Source: an uncultured Acidobacteriota bacterium (GTDB lineage Bacteria > Acidobacteriota > Blastocatellia > Pyrinomonadales > Pyrinomonadaceae). From it: a stretch of 64,000 nt of DNA. This document shows positions 46,220 through 54,400 of the stretch, one piece after another; the stretch's first letter is position 1, and each line of letters opens with the position of its first letter. The notes beneath the pieces are model-generated. The model was not told the DNA's origin, did no database searches, and saw only the letters and a program-made list of their open reading frames with translations. The translations under genes were made by a program, and so were the position numbers. The stretch covers positions 2,192,305 to 2,256,304 of the forward strand of contig CAWKFJ010000005.1 in the NCBI GenBank assembly GCA_963848875.1. Direction: 5' to 3'.

Positions 46220-47022
46220 CGCTTCTCTTTCACAATGGCGATGGCACGCAGCGGCCCGCCGCTCCCGCCCTTAATCTTCATCGGCAGCGCCACGACCGTG
46301 AAATTTTTTGTCGGCAACTGATCCAGGTTGTCCAGGTTCTCGAAGGCCGGGACGTTCTTGTCGAAGAGAACGCGGTGGCTCTCGAAGAGCGTTGACTGGC
46401 CGTAGTCTATGCTCGGCGTGTCGAGGCCGATGGCTTTGATGGAGCGGTTGGTGGTGAGCCAGCGCGCGGCCTCCGGGTGCAGTCCCGGAAAGTGGAGTTT
46501 TGGCACAGCGTCGGCCCCGCGCTCGTCCGTGCCCATGTACCGCTTGCGGTCGGGCCAGAATTTTGCGTAGCCGGTTCGGAGGATGACAATCGCGCCCTTT
46601 GGAATTTGGCCGTTCGCCTTCTCCCACTTCAGAAAATCGTCGGCCGTCACCTGATAGTCGCGGTTGCCTTCCGCTTGCTTCACGACATCGACGACGATGG
46701 CTTCGCCCATGAGCTGTTCGAGCGGAATTTCGTCAACAGTGTGGCGGCCTTTGGCGAAGTGAACGGGGGCGTCTATGTGCGTGCCGCCGTGTTCGGCGGT
46801 CGAGAATTTGTTGGCGGCGTAGTAGTAGCCCTTCTCGGTCACGCCCTCGAAATCCTTGTCGAGCTTAAAGCCCTCGGCCGTGGGCCAGTAGACTGTGTCT
46901 GCGTCGAAGGGGTGCGAGAGGTCTACGATCTTCCCCGCAGGGAAGTCCGGCGGGGCCGTGCCGGCGTTGTTCAGGGAGAGGACGAGCAGCGTGGAGAGAA
47001 ACAGCAGGCCGAAGTTTTTCAT
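46216..47022 (-). CDS. Secreted cyclase-family protein (kynurenine formamidase-like fold)
   Basis: Trimmed to ATG 47022 (GGAGG upstream). It has a signal peptide. DLSHPFDADTVYWP and EHGGTHIDAPVHF are putative-cyclase family motifs. Its stop overlaps the modB start (ATGA). Confidence 0.8.
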   Translation of the reverse strand: MKNFGLLFLSTLLVLSLNNAGTAPPDFPAGKIVDLSHPFDADTVYWPTAEGFKLDKDFEGVTEKGYYYAANKFSTAEHGGTHIDAPVHFAKGRHTVDEIPLEQLMGEAIVVDVVKQAEGNRDYQVTADDFLKWEKANGQIPKGAIVILRTGYAKFWPDRKRYMGTDERGADAVPKLHFPGLHPEAARWLTTNRSIKAIGLDTPSIDYGQSTLFESHRVLFDKNVPAFENLDNLDQLPTKNFTVVALPMKIKGGSGGPLRAIAIVKEKR

Positions 47023-47108
47023 GACAAAAATCCTCCCGTGCGATCTCGGTTTCAAAGCCGCTTGACGGTGAGAAGCTATCGTACTAGGTTGATTCCCGCA
47101 AGAAGATA

Positions 47109-47861
47109 ATGAAGCCACTCATCCTCAGGTTTGATTCGCTGCCCTCTACGAACACGGAGGCGGCGCGGCAGGCCGCGGCGGGCGCGCCAGAGGGGTTGTG
47201 CGTCGTCGCGCGCGAGCAGACGAGCGGGCGCGGGCGGCGCGAGCGCGCCTGGGTCTCGCAAAGGGACGCGGGCCTCTATCTCAGCATCGTCCTCAGGCCC
47301 GCACGGCTCGCGCCCCAAGCCTGGCCGCTCATCACGCTCGCGGCGGCGCTCGCCGTCCGCGACGCGCTCATAGAAGCGTGTACGCTCGAAGCGGACATCA
47401 AGTGGCCGAACGACATCGTGGCTCATGGGCGTAAGCTCTGCGGGATTTTGGCCGAGACGGTCGAGACGCAAACGGGCCGCGCCGTCATCCTGGGCATCGG
47501 TGTCAACCTGGACGATCAAGCCTTCCCGCCCGAGCTGAAAGAGACGGCCACCTCCGTCGCGTCGCTCACGGGAAAGGCGCACGACGCGGAGACGCTGCTG
47601 CAATCGCTCCTCGGCGCAGTCTTCCGCCGCTACGCCGCGCTACAGGCCGCAGGCGGCGCGCAGGAAATCGTCAGCGAGTGGTCGCGCCACTCTTCCTACG
47701 CGCGAGGGCGACGGGTCCGCGTCGCCCTCGCGGCGGAAACTTTCGACGGCCTGACGCGCGGCCTTGAACCCGACGGCGCTTTACGTGTAGAAACAGACCA
47801 GGGAAAAATCAGAATCGTGCGCGCGGGCGACATCACATCTTTGCGAGGAAATGATGAGTGA
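47109..47861 (+). CDS. birA: Biotin--[acetyl-CoA-carboxylase] ligase (group I, no HTH)
   Basis: 250 aa. The motifs are QTSGRGRRERAWVS (GRGRxGRxW-type) and KWPNDI. Confidence 0.85.
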   Translation: MKPLILRFDSLPSTNTEAARQAAAGAPEGLCVVAREQTSGRGRRERAWVSQRDAGLYLSIVLRPARLAPQAWPLITLAAALAVRDALIEACTLEADIKWPNDIVAHGRKLCGILAETVETQTGRAVILGIGVNLDDQAFPPELKETATSVASLTGKAHDAETLLQSLLGAVFRRYAALQAAGGAQEIVSEWSRHSSYARGRRVRVALAAETFDGLTRGLEPDGALRVETDQGKIRIVRAGDITSLRGNDE

Positions 47862-47918
47862 TGAATGATGAATAAAAGAGAGAAGGTTTTACTCATTATT
47901 CATCGTTCATCATTTTTT
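47859..47918 (+). terminator. Low-complexity hairpin plus T-run between birA and coaX
   Basis: TGATGAATGATGAATAA (47859-47875, includes the TGATGA double stop) pairs with TTATTCATCGTTCATCA (47896-47912) with one mismatch. TTTTTT follows, and the coaX ATG is at 47922. Confidence 0.5.
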
Positions 47919-47921
47919 AAT

Positions 47922-48698
47922 ATGCTTCTAGTTATTGACACAGGCAATACGAACACGACGCTCGGGGTGTTCGAGGGCGAACGGCTGGTGACGCACTGGC
48001 GGTTGACGACGGCGCGGGTGCGCACGGTGGACGAGTATGGCGTCTACGCGCGCAACCTTTTCCAGCTCGCCGGCATTGACGCGGCGGAGATCAAGGCCAT
48101 CGCGATGGCATCGGTCGTGCCGCCGCTCAACTACACCCTGAAGCGAATGGCGGAGGTCTACTTCAACGTGACGCCGCTGATGATCGATCACGCGACGCCG
48201 ATGGGGCTGGAGATTCTTTACAGCCCGCCGTCGGATGTCGGAGCCGACAGGCTGGTTGACGCGGTCGCGGCCATACACAAGTACGGAGCGCCCTGCATCG
48301 TCGTGGACTTCGGGACGGCGACGACCTTCAACGCCATCGACGCGCAAGGCAGATATCTGGGCGGCGTCATCACGCCCGGCATCAGCATCTCGTCGGAGGC
48401 GCTCTTTCAGCGGGCCGCGCGCCTGCCGCCCGTCGAGATCAAGCGGCCCGAAAAGGTGATAGGCGCCTCGACTGTCGGCTCTATGCAGTCGGGCCTTTAC
48501 TACGGCTTCGTTGGTTTGGTTGACGGCATCCTGAAAAGGATGCTCGCGGAGCTTGGCCCGGAGACGCGCGTCGTCGCCACGGGCGGCCTCGCCTCCCTCA
48601 TCAGCACCGGCTCGGAATTAATTGGCACAGTTGACAGCACGCTGACGCTCGAAGGGCTCAGGCTGATTTACGAAAGAAATAGTGGTCAGTTGACTTGA
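47922..48698 (+). CDS. coaX: Type III pantothenate kinase
   Basis: Trimmed to ATG 47922. MLLVIDTGNTNTTLGVF is the canonical CoaX N-terminus, and VVDFGTATTF follows later. The track's upstream extension simply translates the hairpin. Confidence 0.85.
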   Translation: MLLVIDTGNTNTTLGVFEGERLVTHWRLTTARVRTVDEYGVYARNLFQLAGIDAAEIKAIAMASVVPPLNYTLKRMAEVYFNVTPLMIDHATPMGLEILYSPPSDVGADRLVDAVAAIHKYGAPCIVVDFGTATTFNAIDAQGRYLGGVITPGISISSEALFQRAARLPPVEIKRPEKVIGASTVGSMQSGLYYGFVGLVDGILKRMLAELGPETRVVATGGLASLISTGSELIGTVDSTLTLEGLRLIYERNSGQLT

Positions 48699-49417
48699 AC
48701 TACTTCAACTACTTCACAGAAATCGAAGACACCTTCATCCGGCGGCGGGGCAAGCACCTGCTGCTGAGCCCTATGGACTGGGCTTTGATAGAGAGTTGGA
48801 AGGAGATGGGCGTGCCGCTGCACGTCGCGCTGCGCGGCATCGAGCGCTCGTTCGACTCGTTCGAGGCGAAGCCGCGGCGGCGCACAGTCAAGTCGCTGCT
48901 CTACTGCCAGGAGGAGGTCGAGGCGCAGTTCGCGGAGTGGCAAGAGGCGCAGGTCGGGGCCGCGGCCGGGAACGGGAACGGCGACAACGCCGCGGCGGAC
49001 GACGCGCTGCCTTTCTCGCGCGCAGCCATCCTCGAACACCTGGAGCGCGCGCGCCAGTCGCTACAGAAGATTTGCGACGAGCGGAAGAGATCGCGCAAGG
49101 ACGATCTCTGCGACGCGCTCCAGCGAGCCGCCGCACGCCTCGGTGAGCTGAAGGAGGACTTCTCGCGCGCGGCACGCGCCGACGCGGAGAAGTTGGAGGA
49201 GTCTCTGACGAGTTTGGAGAAGCTGCTCGACGCGGCGCTTGAGGCGAACCTTCCGGCGCGCGAGTTGGTGAAAGTCCGCGCCGAGGCCGCAGAGCAGTTG
49301 CAGCCCTATCGCGGCCGCATGGAGCAATCCGTCTACGAGCAGACGCTCAACAATCTGGTCTTCAAGCGCCTGCGCGAGGCGCACGGCCTGCCGCGTTTAA
49401 GTCTGTTCTACCTCTGA
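48695..49417 (+). CDS. Conserved-looking hypothetical protein
   Basis: 240 aa with a TTG start overlapping the coaX stop. Globular N-terminus (FTEIEDTFIRRRGKHLLLSPMDWALIESW) and helical C-terminus. Its stop overlaps the next ATG (TGATG). Confidence 0.55.
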   Translation: MNYFNYFTEIEDTFIRRRGKHLLLSPMDWALIESWKEMGVPLHVALRGIERSFDSFEAKPRRRTVKSLLYCQEEVEAQFAEWQEAQVGAAAGNGNGDNAAADDALPFSRAAILEHLERARQSLQKICDERKRSRKDDLCDALQRAAARLGELKEDFSRAARADAEKLEESLTSLEKLLDAALEANLPARELVKVRAEAAEQLQPYRGRMEQSVYEQTLNNLVFKRLREAHGLPRLSLFYL

Positions 49418-50664
49418 TGCGAAAGCGGAAGCGACCAATAAGCAAAGGCAAGCCGAGAGAGCAGCGGCAGCCGTCGGGCGCGCTTCTCGAAGTCACCATC
49501 GAGCGCATCCTGCCGGGCGGCGCGGGGCTCGCGCACGCCGCCGGCCAAACCCTGCTCGTCGCCCTTGCTGCGCCGGGCGACCGCGTCCTCGCGCGCGTCG
49601 AGCGCACGCAGGGGCGCGTGAGCTTCGCTTCCATTGTGGAAGTCGTCGAGCCCTCGCCCGCGCGCGTCGAGCCGCCCTGCCCCTACTTCGGCCGGTGCGG
49701 CGGCTGCGACTTTCAGCAATTGAGCTACGCCGCCCAACTCGACGCCAAAGTCGAAATCATACGCGACTGCCTGCGCCGCATCGCGCGCGTGGACTTTGCG
49801 GGAGAGATTCCGATCACGCCTTCGCCTTTTGTCTGGAACTACCGCTCGCGCGCGCAGTGGCAGCGCGACTCTTTGCGCCAACGGCTGGGCTACTTCGAGC
49901 GCGCCTCCCACCGCGTCTGCGACGTGGCCGCGTGCCCTGTCCTCGTCCCGGAGTTGGAAGCGACGCTCGAAGCGTTGCGCGGGCGCATGAGGGAAGGGGA
50001 GTTGCCGGAGGAGCTGACGGAGTTTCAGGCGGTCGCGGGCGACGAGGGCGCGTCGCTCGCGCCGCCCGCGCCGGGGCTGCCGACGCGCGAGGTCAGCCGC
50101 GTGATAGGCGGCCACCGCTACAGCTTCAGCGCCGAAGGTTTCTTCCAGATCAACCACGCGCTCCTGGAGCCGCTCGTGGCCCACGCCACGGGCGACGCGC
50201 GCGGCGACACCGCGGTTGACCTCTACTGCGGCGCTGGCCTCTTCACGCTCCCCCTGGCCCAAAACTTCGCGCGCGTCCACGGCGTCGAGGCCAGCGCCGC
50301 GGCCGCGGGCTTCGCCCACCGCAACCTGGCCGACGCCGCGCTCGACAACGTGACCTTCGAGATCGGCAAAGTCGCTGACTGGCTGAGGGAGTCGGCCGCC
50401 GCAGTCGCCCCCGTGGACTTCGTCCTCTTAGACCCGCCGCGCGCCGGGGCCGAAGAGGGGGCCGTCGAAGGAATCCTCGCGCTCGCCCCGCGCCGCATCG
50501 TTTACGTCTCTTGCGACCCCGCCACCCTCGCCCGCGACCTCAAAGCCCTCACGGCCGGTGGCTACCACCTCGAATCGGTCGCCGCCTTCGACATGTTCCC
50601 GCAGACACACCACGTCGAGACGGTCGTCCACCTCAAAGGCGGCCATCTGAAAACACAAAAGTAA
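49417..50664 (+). CDS. RumA/RlmD-family 23S rRNA (uracil-C5)-methyltransferase
   Basis: 415 aa. TRAM-like N-terminus, the Fe-S cysteine cluster CPYFGRCGGCDFQQL...C, the SAM motifs DLYCGAGLFTLPLA and DPPRAG, and the catalytic VYVSCDPATLARD. Confidence 0.85.
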   Translation: MRKRKRPISKGKPREQRQPSGALLEVTIERILPGGAGLAHAAGQTLLVALAAPGDRVLARVERTQGRVSFASIVEVVEPSPARVEPPCPYFGRCGGCDFQQLSYAAQLDAKVEIIRDCLRRIARVDFAGEIPITPSPFVWNYRSRAQWQRDSLRQRLGYFERASHRVCDVAACPVLVPELEATLEALRGRMREGELPEELTEFQAVAGDEGASLAPPAPGLPTREVSRVIGGHRYSFSAEGFFQINHALLEPLVAHATGDARGDTAVDLYCGAGLFTLPLAQNFARVHGVEASAAAAGFAHRNLADAALDNVTFEIGKVADWLRESAAAVAPVDFVLLDPPRAGAEEGAVEGILALAPRRIVYVSCDPATLARDLKALTAGGYHLESVAAFDMFPQTHHVETVVHLKGGHLKTQK

Positions 50665-50714
50665 ATGCGACTACACAAAAGAGGATGCGACTATTACAAG
50701 AGTAGATGCGACTA
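50665..50714 (+). repeat. Three direct copies of ATGCGACTA at 20-21 bp spacing
   Basis: Copies lie at 50665-50673, 50685-50693 and 50706-50714, directly after the methyltransferase stop. This is where composition turns AT-rich. Confidence 0.5.
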
Positions 50715-50747
50715 ATGACCAACGACAGTCTGCGGAGATTATTTCTT

Positions 50748-50936
50748 TCAGGGAGATGGGATTTTAGCAATCTCTATTCGGACCCGCGCCTGCTTGCTCT
50801 TGAAGTAATTGGGAGTCGTGCTGAACTCAACGTACTCCTCCCCCGTGGCCCGGTCGAAGTAATATTCACCGCGCATTGATTCCAGCCCCCGCCAGTAGTA
50901 GGGGTTCGATTCAATCGGTGAGAACGGCCACCCCAA
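50748..50936 (-). CDS. Small hypothetical protein (possibly the 3' part of a frameshifted small secreted-protein gene)
   Basis: 62 aa with a TTG start. An ATG at 50988 opens a 25-codon signal-like peptide (MSTSKIFPRAAACLLFIVGVAVLTD) in another frame that ends where this ORF begins. Confidence 0.3.
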   Translation of the reverse strand: MGWPFSPIESNPYYWRGLESMRGEYYFDRATGEEYVEFSTTPNYFKSKQARVRIEIAKIPSP

Positions 50937-51164
50937 CTATGAAAAGAAGGCACGCCGCAGCTCGCGGAAAAATCTTGCTTGTGCTCATGCAGTACTTAGC
51001 CCCCACAAAAGTCGTTGCGCCAGTCCGACGAGCAACTCGCTATGTGAGGAATTGAACGGTTTTCGTGGCGTGAGGTTCGGCAGAGTTTGGTAGGCATAAT
51101 TTCATTAACTCTACGGGGCTGGACAGCGACTGCCATCAGACTTCACCATATTGTGTTCTTGCAA

Positions 51165-51410
51165 TTACCCATTTCTGGCTTTATTTATTACCCAACCGAG
51201 AAGTCCAACGACAGAGCCTCCGAGCAACATGATGACAATGTAAGTTATTGCCATTTCCGCACCCCAAGGTCTATGCCAGACAAAATGATCTAGTAAAAAC
51301 CTGACCATCAACATTACGCCGCCCCACCATAGAACGCCGTACAGCAGCACAAAGCGCCAGATGCCTCTGACCTTAGTCATTTCCCACCTAGCTTTGTTCA
51401 TTTTATGCAT
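51165..51410 (-). CDS. Two-TM small membrane protein, candidate immunity protein for the RHS toxin tip
   Basis: 81 aa. Hydrophobic helices (IWRFVLLYGVLWWGGVMLMV, ITYIVIMLLGGSVVGLLGWVI). It starts 62 nt after the RHS stop on the same strand and has lower GC than the core genes. Confidence 0.5.
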   Translation of the reverse strand: MHKMNKARWEMTKVRGIWRFVLLYGVLWWGGVMLMVRFLLDHFVWHRPWGAEMAITYIVIMLLGGSVVGLLGWVINKARNG

Positions 51411-51472
51411 CGCACTGCTTTCAGAGTAAATCGCCCCTGCTGGTTGCGGTGTTTGCCCGGAACGAACATGGC

Positions 51473-54400
51473 TTAGCGTCGCCCCTCAACTTCAGATTGG
51501 ATCGGGTCCATCGGGTTCGGGCCGCGCCATTCAAAAACACGCTCCCCAAACAAAGTATAGCCGTGGAGTACCCTATAGCGGTGGAGCGAGAAAGTCCCGA
51601 ACTGCCTGGTTTGGACAATGATATTAGGCGGGCGCGCACTCACAGCGCCTGCTTTAGCTCCAGCGTTCGCTCTCCTCTCCCTCTCACGAATTTTATCGCA
51701 TTCGGCAGCGGCCTTATAAAACGTATTAACCGGCCCGCGTTCAAGTCTTTCTTCTGCCTTCGTCGATGTATATATACTTACGGCAGCGCCTACTACTGCG
51801 CCTGCGATTCCACCTGTTGCATAGCCAGCCGCGGCTTGCACAAGGGCATCCTCCACTTTGTCTCCGGTGGTCGGGAAATCATTAGCCTTACCCTGTAGTT
51901 CGGCTCCAAGTGCGTGTAGCGCTTTGGAGCGGCATTCCTCATAATCTTCCTGTTTTGGGGGGGCAGTCCCACCACCCTCGCGGGGCTTCTCGTTGTCATA
52001 CCCGTAAAATGGAATGCTGGCGCCAAAGCAAACGTATCGATATGTCAAGGGGTCGGCGGGCTCAGCGCCCGGAAATCCCCAGAGCCCACATATCTGCTTC
52101 ATTAGCCCGCTCGGGTCTATGAAATTAACAGGGTCATTCTGCGTGTACGAGTAGCGGTTAAAACTCTGCGGGTCCGAGAGGACGTAGCTGCCGTCGTAGG
52201 GGTCGGGCTGCGCGAACCTCGACGCCTTACTCTCGTAGCGCCTGAACATCGCGTCGTCGCCGCCGTCCGAGTCCCGCTCGTAGGTGGTGTAGCGGCGCGG
52301 CTGCTGGCTCTGGAATTCACTCCTGCCGGTCTCCCCGCCCCACGGGTCCAGGTCAACCGTGCTGACCACCGCGCCCGTGCTGTCGGTCAGCCGCTGGCTC
52401 TTCGTCACAGGGTCCTGATGCACCCAGAGGACGCGGTCGGGCTTGCTGGCGTCCTCGCGCCCCTCCTGCACGGCCAGCAACTGCTCGCCCAGGTAGACGT
52501 ACCCCCGCGTCATCTCCCCGGCGTAAGGCGAACTGCCGCCGATCTCGGCGACGACCTTGCCGCCCAGGACGCTGCTCCGCAGGTAGAAGGTCGTCGTCAA
52601 CCCGTCCTCCGTCTTCTTGACCCGCAGCCCGTCGCCGTCATAAGCCTGCGCCAGGTCAGTCCCGCCAGCAGTGATCTGCTGCCCGGTCGCGTCGTAGGTA
52701 TAGGTGATTGCGCCGTCACTCAGGAGGTTTCCGGCCGCGTCGTAGGACATGGCCGAACCTGTCGCCGGGTTGACGGCAGGGCGGTTGTTGGCCCCGTAGG
52801 GTGGGTGGGTGACGTACTGCGCGCCGGGCACTCCCCAGCCGTCGCGATCCGTCATGTTGCCAAACTTGTCGTAAGTATAGGTCGCCGAATAGGGGCCGTC
52901 AAGAGTCCCCCAGGAGGCTCCGTTGCCGGCGTGCGCGTTGGCCTCCGTGCCCGTGTGCGCCTTAATCAGCCGGCCCACGTGGTCGTACTCGTATGAGCGG
53001 TCGAGGGTCGCGTCGTACAGGTTGTCGGCGAAGGCCACCTTCCCGGTCTTCTCCTGGAGCCCAGGCGTAGAGTATTTGTAATCCCACCCGAAGGCCGCGC
53101 CCGCCACGTCCCACTTCGTCAGCCGCAGGTCCGCGTCATATTCCAAAGCCAGCGAGTTGCCCGTCGAGTAGTTGATCTGCTTGGGCGCGCCGAAGGCCCT
53201 GTACGTGATACCCGTGACATAGCTCGTCACCCCGGCGTAGCCAGAGCCGGTCACGGAGGTGGGCTTGCCCGTCTTATCCCGGACGTAGGTGACCTGCACG
53301 CTGGAGCCGAAGGAGGCGACTGGCCCAGAAGCCGTCACCCTGGTCACGCCTCCAGACTTGTTGTAGAGATAAGCGAGTTTGTAGTCACCCGTCAGCCCCG
53401 TGAAGGTGCGCGACTCCCAGTCCATCTGTGACACGGAGTTGTAATGATAATTGGCCGTGCCCTGCCCGTCCGTCATGGCGGTGCGGTTGCCGGCCGAGTC
53501 GTAGGTGTAGGTGACGTTCGGCGTGGCTTCCAGGCCCACCACGTTTGCCGGCACACCGTAGGTCACGCTCGTCGGCTGGCGTCGATAGTTGTAGGCGAAG
53601 GTGATAGTCGCCCCGCGCGCGTCCGTCACCTTCTGCACCGTGTCGTCCTTGTTGTAGGCGTAGGTTGAAGCCCCTTGCTCAGGCGTCGTGCGCGTCAGCA
53701 GCCGCCCGTGCCCGTCGTAGCTAAAGGTCCTCATCTGCCCTGCCTGATTGACCCCGACGAGATGATCCAGCGCATCGTAGGTGTAGGCGGTCGTCGAGTA
53801 GACCGCCCCGCCGAAGGTGTACTCCTCGACCGTCTTGAGCCTGCCGAGAGAGTCTTTCTTGAAGACCTTCTTGCGCCCGCGTTCATCCGTACTGGTCAGT
53901 TGCTCGCCGCCGGCGCACCCGCACCCGCCGTAAGAGTTCGTCCGGGTCGTGCCGTCCACGTGGGTCGTCACCAGCGGGCGGCCCTGCCAGTCGTAACTCT
54001 GAAGCGTATACTTCCAGCCCGCCGCCGCGTCGTCCCCGGCCGCGGCCCACGCGCTTGTCATCTCGGTCTGATTCGACCGCTTCACGGCCCTGCCCATTGC
54101 ATCGTAGACGACGTACTGCCCGCTGTAGAGGCCGGCGCTGCCAGGGTGCTCGGCCGAGGCCCCGCGCACGCGCCCCGCCCCGTCCAGCAGTTCGGTTGTA
54201 TAGACTTCGGCCGTGCTGTGGACGGTCTGGTACTGCTGGACCAGCGTGTTACTGGTCGGGTAGACCCAGCGCGTGTAGGCACCGTTGGCGGCGTTAGTCG
54301 CCCTCACGAGTCTACTGGCCGTGTCGTACAGATAGTTCACGTCCGCGAAGGTGACCAAGTCACCTGTCGTGCCGCCCGTATTGTTGACCGGGCGGGTCGT

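Noticed and set aside
47865-47921. Upstream extensions of track ORFs. Examples: coaX from 47865, 8232-10019, 9967-12129, 12445-13707, 35573-36958, 46216-47118.
   Set aside because: The extensions either translate hairpin or intergenic sequence or overlap the upstream gene. Internal ATGs preceded by GGAGG-type sites and by canonical N-termini (MLLVIDTGNTN, signal peptides, the Rossmann start) are better starts.
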